Positions 14,150-27,616 of a stretch of 64,000 nt of DNA are shown here, piece by piece. Every line of letters begins with the position of its first letter. The first letter of the stretch is position 1. Under the pieces are notes generated by a model. The model had not been told where the DNA came from. It saw nothing but the letters and a program-made list of their open reading frames with translations, and ran no database searches. A program made the translations under genes and the position numbers. Source of the stretch: the human T2T-CHM13v2.0 reference genome, Homo sapiens. The DNA is taken from assembly GCF_009914755.1 (NCBI RefSeq), contig NC_060925.1. The stretch is one strand, 5' to 3'.

Positions 14150-16235
14150 CCCCTCACCCTTCCCTAGGCTTCTCCTCTATCACATGGATGCCCCACTGTC
14201 CCTCCTGGATCTTCAACTTCCTTCCTTCCCTGGCTAAACTCACCTTAGCCATCAAGCAGGCTCAAAACTACCTCATCCCAAAGCATCTTCCCTTCATTCT
14301 ATCTCTACCCCAAGTGGTATCTTTGCCCCCCATCTTTTTCTCACTACGCATCTTCTTGAAAGAGTGGCCACATCACTCCCCCTATTTCTTCAACTTCTTT
14401 TTACTATATAGCCTTTATATGGTATAAAATGCTGTCCTGTACCCTCTATGCCTCTAGCAAACCTAGTTTGTTTGGTTTTTTGAGACAGGGTCTTGCTCTG
14501 TTGCCCAGGTTGGAGTGCAATGGTGATGGTTCATTGCAGCCTCAAACTCCTGAGCAAAAGCCATCCTCCCACCTCAGCCTCCCGAGTACATGGGACCACA
14601 GACATGTGCCACCACACCTGGCTAATGTTTTTGTTTTTATTTTTTTAGAGATGGGGTCTCACTGCTGGTCTCAAACTCCTGGACTCAAATGATCCACCCA
14701 CCTCAGCCTCCCAAAGTGCTGGGATTACAGGCATGAGCCACTGTACCTGGCCAAAACTACGCTTGGTAAGGGCAAACAGGAAGCCCTACTTCTTGAAATT
14801 CCCTACTACTGCCCTGCCTTCCAGAACTCCACTCACTCTGATGTTCTCCCCTGCCTCTGTGTCATCTCATTACAGAATCTCCCAAAGCTCTTTGAATTCT
14901 GGTGTTCCCCCACAGAGTCAACCTTGGCTCTCTTTTCATGTAGTACACCCTTGGGCATTCCCCTCTTCTGATATTTATATGACAATGTATCCCAAAGCTT
15001 TGTGTCCTGGCTAGTTTCCAGATCTTCTTTCACAACTGCCTCCTGGACATCTCCACCTGACTGTCCCACCAGTAACTTAGTATAGCATGTTCACAGTTAT
15101 CTCATTATCTGCTTCTGCCTGTCTCCTGCTCACTTCTTAAATTCCCTCTATCAGGTACTGATGTAACAGTCCACCTTGTCCCTTCTGGATCATCTTCAAA
15201 TCTTCTCTCTTTATCACCCCTTTCCTCAGTCAAAAGTCATGATGTTCAACTTATCCTACGTCAGGAATATTTTCTAGGTCATGTTTGTCCTCTTCATTCC
15301 CAACCTCTCACCTTAATTCATATCCTTATTATCTCTTGCCTAGACTATAGCAACAACTATCTAAGTGGTCTCTGCCAGTCTCTACCCACACTCCTACCAG
15401 TGCCCCAGTTTGCCACCAGAATTACCTTTCCAGAAAATAAATATGGCCACAATATTTCATGCTTAGAAATCCCTGCTGGCTGCCTACTAACCACAGTATG
15501 AAACTGAATGTTCTTTGTATGTTACACAACACTCATAGTGACTTGGCATGATTTTGCAGTCCACAACCAGCCATACCCTAAATGCTCTTGATGTTGTGGC
15601 ACCACCATGTCCATGACCAGTGACCACAGTAACTAGCACACTTTCTTTTCCGGGCTCCATCCATTTGCACATGTTTCTTCTTCCACTTGGAATTCTCCCA
15701 TCATCTCCTCTTTTCCTACACTCCCACTCATCCTGCAAGAGCCAGTTAACATGTCACCTTTTCCATGAAGCTTTTTAAACAACCCCAAGCAAGTCACGTA
15801 ATTAATTTATCTATTCAACTAACATGCATTCACTAAATACTATGCAAGATTATGGAGATGTAGGGATTATAAAACAAAACCAAAACAAGAAGTGTCTTCC
15901 TTCATAGAGCTTATGGTCTAGTGACATAGACAGACAATAAACCAAATATATATATATATATATATTTCAAATTGTAATAAGTGCCTTGAAGATGATGAAT
16001 AGCACATAGTAATACAGAACCAAGGAATTTAGATAACCTGGTTTTCTATCCCTGTGGCCATGCCTTTCTTAAAATAATGTTATTCTTTTTTCAAAGCATC
16101 TGCTTAATTTACATGTCTAAACAGTTTCTGCTAGACCTTTAGTACATGAGTGATTTGTTTTATTCATTTTTACATACCTGACACATACAGGAATTTAATA
16201 CGAATGTTTGATGATTAAATGAATGAATGAGTGAT
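14150..16235. mobile_element. Composite L2 region
   Basis: Pyrimidine-rich L2 ORF2-like text (CTGCCTCCTGGACATCTCCACCTG; TCTCTTGCCTAGACTAT) and a GAATGAATGA tail. Confidence 0.65.
14467..14752 (-). mobile_element. AluJ-type SINE inserted in L2
   Basis: GAGACAGGGTCTTGCTCTGTTGCCCAGG ... CCTGGCC. Confidence 0.92.
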
Positions 16236-17189
16236 TTAATTAATGAACCAACTGTTTATAAGAGTCTGTTTAACTCTAAATTAGAAAATTCCACATGCAA
16301 CTAGGTAAAGTACATTCCAGTTGCTCATGTGTTACCTGAAATCTCTAGTTTCATTAAATACCAGTTTACAAACATTAAATTCAGACACATATTTCATCTC
16401 TCCAAAATGGACTAGAACTAGTTTTAAGAGAATAAAATTTCAGCAATGGTGAGAGAAATAATACAATACAGGAATACTCAGTTTCCTTAAAAACTGGGAT
16501 TCCATTATCACTTTTTGATCCAGCTAGGCCAAGTAAAAAACAAGAGGGATGTCAACAGTTCTGGAAATCAGCCTCCACTGGGGGCACAGTGGGATCTTTT
16601 CTAGCTAAGGCTGAGACTTGTTTGAAAATACAACACAGTTCAGAAGAAAACTTGGAAAGGGGTTATGCAAGGAATGGATGGACAGCTGCTGGCTGGTCCC
16701 GATGGAAGTTATGCTGGAAGCTCCGGATATGATATTCAACAGTTCTGCTGCCAAATGTGCAGACAAGCTCCCAGGACAAAAGTCACCAATAGCAAACCCT
16801 GGGAGCTGGAGAGAAAGAAAATGGATTCTGCTTGCCTTTTTGTCCTTCTTCTGGGGGCTGGGGGGAAGAAGAGCTATGCTATATGCTAGAGGGGCAATAG
16901 AGATCAATGGGGTTGGTGTGGGATAGGAAAGGATGGGCTAGGACAGCTTTGTGTGTGTGAAGGAGTTTGACAAACAAGAGCAATGATTGTATATGAGCTG
17001 ATTTCTCATACAAACAAAGAGGCAATCCCCAAATCCTAAAAACTTCCTTTAAAACCACAGAATACTATAAACAGCTGACCATCGGGAGGCTGCCTGAAAG
17101 CTCAAGTATCTAGCAGGTGGGGACTTGTTTTCCAAGAGCTGGTTCAACAGGACAAACTGAGAATTGTGATCTCACTGGGGTGTGAACAC

Positions 17190-17700
17190 CAGAATTCAAG
17201 CAGCAGATGGTGTGATTTAGTGGAAAGGCCATTGGACCAGGAGTTAGAGGCTGGGGACAGCATCCCAGTTTCCTCTTCCCCAACAGCGTGACCTTGGGCA
17301 AGTTGTTAACTTCCCTGAGCCTTTATTTCCTCAGCTATAAAATGTAAGAGGAGAAAACTGAAAACCTCTCCTTACCTAACTTTTAAAACTGTTGTGAGGA
17401 TCAATAGAGATAATATATGTGAAGGTTCTTTGAAAATTAAAAAGGATACATTTTTTCAGCAAATCATTTTACAGCATTTTCTATGAGCCAAGCATTGATC
17501 TGCATGCATTTCAAATATTAAACAAAAGTGAACCTTTGAGTTTGGTACTATCATTATCCCTGTTTTAGAGAGAAGAAATGGGCACAGAACAAGTAAGACC
17601 CTTGCCCATGGTAACACAGCTAAGGAACAGCGGGACAAGGATTTGATCCCAGATACTCTGGTTCCTAAGTCTATGCTCTTAACAACTACACTGTCTTGGC
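17190..17700. mobile_element. Two MIR SINEs tail-to-tail
   Basis: MIR core GTGACCTTGGGCAAGTTGTTAACTTCCCTGAGCCT on +, and a reverse MIR core at 17560-17690. Confidence 0.75.
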
Positions 17701-17749
17701 TTATCATACACAGCTTCTAAAACTATGTATAAGCTTTTACTCATATATA

Positions 17750-17751
<2 letters not shown>

Positions 17752-17787
<36 letters not shown>
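17752..17787. repeat. (TAA)12 microsatellite
   Basis: Seen directly. It explains the poly-Tyr ORF artefact. Confidence 0.97.
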
Positions 17788-17789
<2 letters not shown>

Positions 17790-20100
17790 CCCAATCCTGT
17801 AGAGTACTCTACACTTTACCAAAAGGCCTTTCAGGTTAATTATCTTCTTTAATTCTCTCAATAACTTTATTCTTACATTCTATTGTATAGATGAGAAAAC
17901 CATGGCTTGGACACCTGTTGACAATAGGACATGCGTTTCAAATTACTTTTTCAGTAATGGAGAGAGCTATGCAGTGTCCAAACCACTCATACCCACCTGT
18001 CTATCCCCTTCCAGCTATGAATATGGGTTTTTGAAATGGAAGATCCCAACCAAAGACAAAGCGTAAAGAAAATAAAGCCCATAAGAAAAAAAGTGGGTGC
18101 ATAATACTGGCCAGCCATTCATATAGATAAACAGGGAAGCCTCCTACAAAGTGTTATTTGCACAAAATTATGTCCTCCACTAGTGGTTCCAGTCTAGAGC
18201 CTAAAATTCTACCCTAAGATAGTCATTCCTTTGACTGAACACCCTTCCGGTTAAAAAGTATCTTCAGAAGAATAGAACATTATCTTGTCCATCCCAATGT
18301 GAATTATTTCATAACATTCTCCCAATTTGACAGCTAGCTAAGAGCCAACTCTAGCCTGCACTCAAAGTAATATGAACCATAAAAGGTCACAAGATGGGTT
18401 CAGAGCATGAGACAAGCAAGAAGGCACAGCCAAGCTGAGATTCTGAAAATGGGGCTTAGGAAAACAAGTGCTGTGGTTGAATCCAGAAATTCAAGGTGCA
18501 CAGAGCTCCAGGGAAAAGAGGAGTGCAATCAAAACTCCAGCCAAAAAGAGGAGAGAGGAGTCTCCTGGGATGTTCTTCCCTTCTGGGTTTCCAGAGTCTA
18601 CCTCATGGCACTGCCAACTGGTTTTCATCTCTGAAGAGCTATGCCTGCATCCCTGTGAAGACGGTGGCTGTCATTACCAGAGAACACATGCACAGTAGGA
18701 ATTCCTGCCACAATGTGAGGAGGAGCAAGAGGAGAAAGAGTGAGGCGGTAGCCAATAGCAGGGGAGGAAACTCTAGATGGTTATGTTTAAAAGGATTTGT
18801 TCCACTGTCAAAACCAGAAAGCTCTCCCCAAGAGCCAGCTTTAGAGAAGGAAGCCTGCAATGACAGAGAGGAGGCAGGATGTTATTAAGCAAGCTCTTTG
18901 GAAAGGAGGCTGAAATAAAGGAAGAAATATTAGGCAAAAGGCAGGTGTGTCCATAAAAATCCACCTCTGGACTGTGATGGACCAGGAATGCCTGGGGGAT
19001 GCGCAGAAACTAGGCTCTAGTGTTTCTCAAAGGCTCCTAAACCACCCTGATTCTCTAGGACAAGGACAGCTCTTTAAATCCAGGCCATCAGAGCACTTGC
19101 CCATTCCTGATTCTCTCCAGTGACTGGATAGGACCCAGTGACTGCCAAGCTTGTGAAACTGCAAAACTGCAAAAACTAACACCTTCTCCTCTCAACTGCC
19201 CATTCCCTTTGCAGGGCCCCATGCTCAGGAGAGACATCAACCTCTCCCCACCCTGGAGCTGGGGGCCCCAGGCCAAGCTGGCATCAGCTCCGACTCAGGC
19301 TCAGGCTGTCGGGTGCTCAAACAAAGACATATTCGGACCCTCCTGCAGAGACAGGGGGCCTATTTCTGGGCCCAGGGGGAGCTGGCCTTAATCTGCTGCA
19401 CAATGAATGACAACAATGCTAAGAATGAAAATATGGTTTGGGGGGATAGTCCCCAGGAGCCCAACATTTTGGTATTTAAAGGAACTTTAATGAGCTTAAG
19501 AGGCTAATCTGGAGTTCAGGAGGGGGTGTTTTGTTTTGTTTCGAAAAGTCCTTTTAAAGATTCCTGAGGCTTGATAGGGAGGAGGCAACAGAATTGTGAG
19601 TCAAGGCGTGGCTGCTGTGCAACTGAAGGGGTGGGATGGAATTAGAGAGGAAGCTGCTCCAAAGAGCTCTTCTCATAGCAGCAGTAGAACCTGGTGCTAA
19701 GAGATGAAGGATGCTTCTTTCCAGGCAGGAGAAGTGTGATGTTCAGAGAAGCAGCCAAGAGTTGAAAATGAGTGATGTGTTTACATCCTACCGATTGCTA
19801 GCCAGGCTTCTGGCCAAATGACTCTCCTGGTTTATTGGTGACAGTATCAGACTCAGGCACTTGGCACTTCTCTCACCCACCAAAACACACCCACCTGTAG
19901 TAGCAGGACATAATCCAGCATCTACTAAGGTGCCAGGCACAGTCAGAAAGGTTTTTAGAGGCCCGTAAATGGTTACCCAAAGAGTAATGGACGTGAGGTT
20001 ATGCATACCTGAGAGTTACGCTACTCACCGTCTATTTGCCTGAGCCCCACCCAACTGAGTGGTCACATGACTGTTATTTTGTGCCTCTAAAGGCTAATTA

Positions 20101-20232
20101 GGCCAGGTGCAGTAGCTCATGCCTATAATCCCAGCACTTTGGGAGGCTAAGGTGGGAGGATCGCTTTGAGGCCAATAGTTCAGGACCAGCCGGAGCAACA
20201 TAGCAAGACTCTGTCGCTACTAAATAAATAAA
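20101..20232 (+). mobile_element. FLAM-type free left Alu monomer
   Basis: Single left arm ending in an A-rich tail. TSD GCTAATTA on both sides. Confidence 0.88.
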
Positions 20233-23200
20233 CTGCTAATTAGAAAATCAAAAGAGCACTAACAGTCCACAAAAATGGTCTGGGCAAAAAATGAGGCAGT
20301 TGATGAAATAGAGTTTAAGCAACATCTGATGGATGGTTGAAAGAGTCAAGTTAATAAAATTCTACAGGGTATAGGGGAGGGAGAAGGGGACAGAGGCAGA
20401 TGTGAAGTCCAGATACAGCATGTGGTCCATTCCCAGCAAAGCTGGACACTTAAGATATTTTTAATACGATGGAGTTCAATCAAACCTGTAGGATAAGGCA
20501 CTCCAATCCATAGTGGCCAGACAGCTCTCAGAGATAGGCAGATCTATCTATCACTCTATTATACAACAACAGTAATAAAACACAGATCGATCTATTGGTG
20601 CAAGGAGACGTTGGAGGCCCAGAGAGTCAGAAAAGCCAGACATATTTGCTGTTATCCAAAAATAGGATCCCCAAACTGGAATCTTGAAAGGCTGGAAGAG
20701 ATCAAACTCTTTCATGTGACTTCAGTTAGAGGACTAGGAAAAGCACAGTCCACTTTGTATTTTTAGTTGTTATGACATTATGGTGCAATAATGGGGAATC
20801 TGGCAATCGTTTCATTAAATTCTAGCTAATCTGTGCATGGCAGCAAGGCGACAAGCTCTACAGATGATTTGGTTGCCTTGGTTCACCACTGTAAGAACAG
20901 CACCGAGGTAGGCTTTCAAAATCCTTTTTTAACTACCCAGATGGGGCTATTTGTGACAGGACCAAGTATACCCACAGGGTAGGAAACCGATGAAGGGCCG
21001 CAGTTTTCTTCCTTACACCATGTCTTCACTAATACTTCAGGGTTTCTGCTGCATTCCAGTTGCATCTGCTGTCTAATGCCAAAAGAAACTTAATCCCTAT
21101 CCTAAGTCTCATTTTATTTATTTTCAGTAGTGTGAAAACAAACATGTAGCAAGATTACAGTGTTTACACCTCCTTTTTAGCCGATATAGCTCTAATCCTC
21201 CCGTTAATTAACACCAGGGCCATAGCAATTTTATTAATTTCATCTTGGTTAAAAATATAGACAGATAATTGTGCTTTACTAAAATAACAATTTGACATTT
21301 GGGGGGTGTTTGCTTCATTTTAGCAAGACAGTTGGCCAGATTTTATTTAATATATGACAAGGAGACACAAAGCTGCAGTCGACATTGGTCAATGATAACG
21401 TAACTAATTTTAGTTGTGATAAAATAACTAAAACACCTCATATCATGCTAGTCAAAGGAGACTAAGGAGAAAATGTTAATCCTATGGGGTATCAAGACAA
21501 AGTCTCCCTCTCTTTCAGAAAACAGGCCCTTCTAAGGGGGCACAAAGGGGAAAAAAGGCATCTTTTCTCTCTCCTCTCTGATATTTGCTCCAGAACCTTT
21601 TCTACACTTTGCTCTCAAAATTAGCAACTTCCCCAAACCAAATCTGAAAAGGCCACTGGCAGTGACTGTCCTAATGTTCCTAAGAGACTTCTTGAAGAAA
21701 AACATATAGAGTATTCCTAAGAGGAAGCCTCAGGCATGCTGGAAATAGGGCTGAGTCCTCCCACATAGGAGCCTTTCTGCTTCTATGCAGAGGGTGGGAG
21801 AGACACACCTCACCCCATCCCTATATCTCACCCTCCAAGTGGCTTATATGGGAACTTCTCTCTGAAGATGTGAAAGAGCATTTACAAATCCATGTCAGAA
21901 AAATCTTCATAAAAAAGAAAGAAAGAAAATTGAAAAACACTGAAGTAGAGCTAAGGTTTCAGAGTTAGGGCAGAAATTATTTTTAAATCTTTCCCTGTGG
22001 ATGTGATTGCACTTTTTTCTTCATAATTCATTTTCCAGTGTTGTATAACTGTACTTAATAACCAAGATCATAACATTCAGTATTGGTTATTTTGAACTTC
22101 ATAAAATTCAACAATGACATTTTGTAAAATGCATTTATTCTAAGATGCTTTAGTAAATTTCTGATCATATCATGAGTATTTTAAACCTTTGTCTACTTTC
22201 TCCCTTCTAAACACTATGACCCAAATAATTTCTTTGACCATAAAAGAAAAATTAGCTGATAATGAAATAGTTGGAATTGTTGTCATTAGAGAAACAGCTC
22301 CTGCTCACTCTCTCCAAAAACCTTCCCAGAATTAAAAAGCAACAATCAAGAGGCTTCCCTGAAATTAGTAATGGTCTTTTGATTAATACAAATGTTATAA
22401 ATAAGAAAAATGAAAACAAAAAGCAAGGGAACAATGAATGATCAGGAAAGTTATTCACACTAAAATCTGAATATCAAAAGCTATTTCCTAGCCAGGTAGG
22501 TGTAATATGTAAAACGAGACTGAATAAATAACTTTTAAAAATGTGTTCCATTTATGTAAGGATCAAAAGAATCCCATAAGCCTACTGTAAAAAGGAATGT
22601 TCATATCTAGTATTTTAATTCCCAGAATACTATTAATATCTACTCCTGCTATCTAATTTTATTTCAAAATTTTAAGTCTTAGATTCCAAGAAAGTCTTAC
22701 CCAGGGACCAATACATATAAAAAGAGAAAACACCTCTGAGCAAAGAATGTTTCCAATCACCCTCCAAAATTAAAAAGAGAGAAAAAGAGAGAGAGATTAA
22801 GTGCCTGCACAAACACAGCCACGGCCCATGGACGGTGCTTATGCCGAGCTAAGCCCCCTGCAATTTAACACAGACATCAGTTTATTGCCTAGCTGTGTTT
22901 GATTTTTATATTCCTGAAATTTTATTGTGCCAGGAGTAGGGACAACAAAAGATAAAGTAAAGCAAAAATGTAACAATTGCCTCTGTCATTTCATCTGTGG
23001 GCTCCTTTCATGAGTAACTGCATGCCCAATTTTGATCTCCAAGTAATGTCACAGTAATAAAACCAAACTGACTCCTCCTCACACACACACACTTCCTCCA
23101 CTACCTTGATAAAATGCAGAATTAGTTCATTACTGATGCTAATAGATATCATTACCTAAGTCGTTTTCACCACAGGGCTGCCAATCAGCGGGTCCAAAGA

Positions 23201-24527
23201 AAGATGCAGAGAAAGCTCTAAGTGTGACAGCCACTTTCCCCTTTTTCAGTCCCTTTCTTTGGAAAATTGGTCTTCTCCAAAAGAAAGGGAAGAAAACATC
23301 CACTGGCTCTCTGAGGAAAGGTTTCCCAAGGCCTGTGATTTGCTGACATGCGGGGAGTTATGATGTTATGAGAACAGCCCTGATGACAGCAATACTATCC
23401 CACACTGCTCCTAGGATGTCCAGAGCAATCCAAGCGATCATGATAAACTTCATATGTGAGGGCAGAGGGCTCCGCCTGACCCACAGAGCCAGGCACATGA
23501 AAGAAACAATAAAAACTTGATTTAACTGTGGGATCCCTTCTAGAGGGCTTAATTATCTATTGTATTACCACATTCCCGTTATTCAGCAGTCTCTTCTGTC
23601 TCAGACTGAAGTCCAACTGCAGTATTTGTTTGGAACAAATTCAGGGAAAACTCCAAACTAACCAGATCATAGAGGACTCAGTTAAATAGGGAACAACAGT
23701 TATATAAATAGAAGTCCCCTAGGCTGGAAAATATTTTGATTGTCTGCTAACTTTCAGGAACGTTGAAGACAGTTGAATCCACTTTTAAAACATCTACACC
23801 TATGGTATCCTCATGTTTCATATGACATGGTACAGATTCATCAATTGTGTAAATGTTGTCATCCCACCAAGCTAGCAATTTTTCCATGTTGACATGTCAT
23901 AACAATTATAGCCTTCAGTTCTTAATTTCTATACATTAGTAAATCAGTGTTCTACACTCTCACCTTAAATGCTTTTTTTTTGGTAATCAGAAGATAAATT
24001 ATTCCTAACGGCATCGCAGTATATGAGAAAAATACTTAATAAAACGTCCCGAAGTCTTCCGATGCATAGTTGTGTGTGCAAGACGTCACTGTCAATTCTA
24101 TTTTTTTAATTAGAAAAACTTGGTGTTTGACATTGTAAAGGTGTAATAGCTAGTTGAGAGAATGAAATTTTAACTTTTTAACTGGTTGCCTAACACCATA
24201 AAGAGACAGCTAATAATTCAAATGCAAAACTGCCCAACAGCAAGAAATGCACATACAGATGGCTAAGATAAATGTGATAAACTTGCTTTGTTAATATTAT
24301 GCCTATGATTGACACTGAAAACTGTGCATTCCCTATATATTCTTTCATTTAAATGTGTAGAAATAGCATTTGAATTTCATGAATTTTGGAAACCAAGGCA
24401 CTGCCTGCATATTCATTTTTTATTAAGTGCTCCCTAATTTACCATCAACATTGTCCTACCACTTAACTTTCACCTCATTTTCTTCCCATTTACTTTGTTT
24501 GGGCCTCAAATTTTTCAAAGATCCACC

Positions 24528-24551
24528 AAAAAAAAAAAAAAAAAAAAAAAA
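24528..24551. repeat. A24 homopolymer
   Basis: Seen directly. Confidence 0.97.
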
Positions 24552-27429
24552 GCAAAGCTATGTTTACAAATGTATTTTTTAAAGAGGAAAATGTCCTTTG
24601 TAATTGCTTCAGGACTATTGTCTACAATTGAGTTGTATTCCCCCTGGAGGATAAATATCTGGCCATTCCAGATAGCTTCTGTGCAATATCTAGTCCTACA
24701 CTCTAAATGGAAGAAGCCCTTGAGAAATACTTGATGGCAAGGACAACACAGATGCAAAAAGTGTTGAGCTATAAGCCTCCTGAAGGCAGGCTCTGAGACT
24801 TTTTCTCATTGTCCTCTCCTCATCTAGCCTAGCGTCTTGCATACAGAAGCTCCATAAAAGCTTACTGAATAAAGAAGTTTGTCCTGAGCCTATTTTTTTT
24901 TTTACAAAACAAACAAACAAAAATCTCTCTCCTTTTTCTCCTACAGATACCAACACGCAGACTAAGACCATTAAGATTATCAAATATATTAAAACCCTAT
25001 TTTATTGGAAAAAGAATATAATTGGGATGGAGGATAGAGAAACGAAAAAAGGAATTTTAAAAAGGAATAAATTAATCTAACAAGCAACTGATGGGCTAAG
25101 CACAGGCCAGTACTGCTATGATGCCATGAGCTAAAGAGGACAAAAACCTCAATTCTGGAAATCTATGGTTCCAAAAATATTTTTAAAATAAAATTAAAAT
25201 CCTTCACTGAAATGTCAGCACCTCTCTGAACAATGTAGCTCACATCCCTCTGTAAAATCTTCTTGGTTCTGGCTAACAGCTGGCAAGTTGATCCCTGCAA
25301 TTTTCCCTTTGCAGAAATAGCTTTGTGAGGAGAGAACTGACCCTCCTGGGCTAATAAGCCCAAACCGCGCCAAACCTGGAGGGCTGAAATGGAAGGGACA
25401 TTGTTGTGTTAAGTACTTTACAACAACTGTTTCTTCTCCTCTTGACACAGCCTGACTTCCTTAAAGAAGATTTGACTGGCCAGACAGCTGTGTTGACCCT
25501 TAAGCCTTCTTTGATTCGTGATTTTTTTTTTTAACAAACAGAATAGAAATTCACAACCCAAATCCTTTCCTAAGCCCCAATACTTGTGAATTTGCTAGTG
25601 TTGTGCCTGAAGGATGTGGACATTTCAGTAATCTATAAGCAGAAAGTTAAAGATTGGGTCTACACAATACCAAAAGCTTTCGATGAAAAGCGAGAGAGAA
25701 AAAAGCGAGCAATCAGCCAGAAGCTTTATTCAAAGGTGATACTTGAAGTTATGTGGGCTAAATCTATTTAACTACCTAAAAATTACACTTTTCACTCAGA
25801 CAACATGTCAATAAACAGACAACCAAGAATACACAGTCACATCTTCTCTCAAAAATGTTATCCATAATGATCACTTCATAGGTTGTCATAGGGAGTTTTC
25901 ACTTCTTTATATATTTCTGTATTGTCCAGCTCATCCAAAATCCAGCACACGTTTCTTTTAGTTCTGAAAAAAGCCAAGCTATTATCTTTTCAAAATGACA
26001 AAAGAAAATGCCTAGTACTCTCTCCACATGGGGTTAAAATTCGAGAATTTTAGGGCAAAAAAGCGGAGTGGCAGAAACAATTTTTTTGTGTGGTCACAGG
26101 GTCTAATCACTTTGTCAAGTTTTTAAACTTGCATAGCCCCAGACAACAATAATAAATAAACTTCTATTTATTCTCAGTGCTTTTTGTTATACAGAGACTT
26201 CTCCCGTTCAGCCCCTCTCACTGTGTTTTTATATAACATGATAGAACTGCTTTTCACGCACGCTAACCCTCCTTTGATTATCTTCATGTAATGCTGTCCC
26301 TTTCATTCACCAGTGACAAATGCAGAATTCTGCGCGTGCACGCGCGCGTCCACACAGTCAACCTACACCAGTCCTAATGCACAAAAACAGAGACCTCTGG
26401 ATCAGCCACTTTTCTTCAATCATCTCCAAAGCCCTGCAAAGCCAATACACTTATTAATTAAACATTTCGCAAGGAAAAAACCGTTCCCTCTCCTTACACC
26501 TCCTAAGCTCCTCCCGGCACGCCCGGAGAGAATAAGGAAGTTCTTCTACCTCCCACTTTCTGGCTTCATCCAGGCTTTAGTGTTATAAAAATCCAGTTTC
26601 GAAATATCCACTTTCTTAAATTCCTGCCTCCCAGTTCTCCTCTGAACGTACCAGAACGTTCATGTGGACAGGAGGGAACTGAACTTGCTCCGTGGCAGAA
26701 GAGCGTACCCACACCTGAACTAGGATGGCGGCACAGGTTGAAGGAGAGGGCTTCAGTTCAGGCCCCAACTACTGTCCTAAAAGCCCCTGCATCCGAGGGT
26801 TCTGCAGAAAACCAGGAAGGCGACAGTGAAAGGGCGAACGGGCTGTGCGCTTAGCTCCGAATGGCAGCAGAGCCATTTCCGAGCCCAAACTGTCCGGACT
26901 CCAGCGAACAAACCCGAGCGGGAAACGCGCACAGGGCACAGGGGACAGAAGCTGCGGGGTCAATACAGTCTCACCGCAAGGCACAGGCGCGACGCTGGCG
27001 CGGACACCTGGGTAACATGGGGTGAGAACCAGCAAGGAGACACGGGGTCACTGGCAACCCGCAGGGCACCCCGGTAAAAGAGGGAGACCAAGCTCGAGGG
27101 ATTCCAAGGCTAACAAAGAGTGGCCTCTGGAAACGGCCGAGTCAGAGAAAGGGGCCTGGAAGGACCAGAAAGCAGGCGAGCAGACCGTGGAGGACAGCCA
27201 TTGCGCGCACTTCTGCGGGACTCGGGCCACTGCTGCGCGCACCCGCGCGGATCTCTGCCCTACCACCTTCCCGTGAGGGGCAATGTACACGACTGCGCTG
27301 AAGGGAAGTTCTGCTCGCTGGGCGTGTCTCTTGGGCCTTCCAGAAAAGGACTAGGGTAAAGGAGGACAAAGTCCTCGACGCACACTGATGCCAGTGCGCG
27401 GGGAGCGCTGCGGGGGTGCGGCCACTTAC

Positions 27430-27616
27430 TTCTCGTAGTCATACTTGCAGTACAGCTTCTTGTCCCGGTAGAAGCAGGTGGTCTCCAGGGGCTCTTTGCA
27501 GGAGGCGCACTGCACGCACTGCTCATGCCAGAAGCTGTCGTTGAGCCGCAGCAGAAACCTGTCCAAGATGACCCGCTGACAGCCCTCGCAGACAGACTTG
27601 GGGCTCACCGCTCTGC
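27430..27616 (-). CDS. LMX1A: LMX1A exon 3 (187 nt), first LIM domain
   Basis: Encodes [61 protein letters not shown](K), with the LIM pattern C-x2-C...H-x2-C-x2-C-x2-C...C-x2-D. Acceptor CTACAG|G at 27617/27616 and donor AA|GTAAGT at 27430/27429. Confidence 0.98.

Noticed and set aside
16691-16710. GGCTGGTCCCGATGGAAGT resembles the 5' end of Y RNAs
   Set aside because: Similarity ends after about 18 nt. No 3' stem, tail or TSD.
24528-24551. A24 as an orphan retrotransposon tail
   Set aside because: No element body and no convincing TSD.
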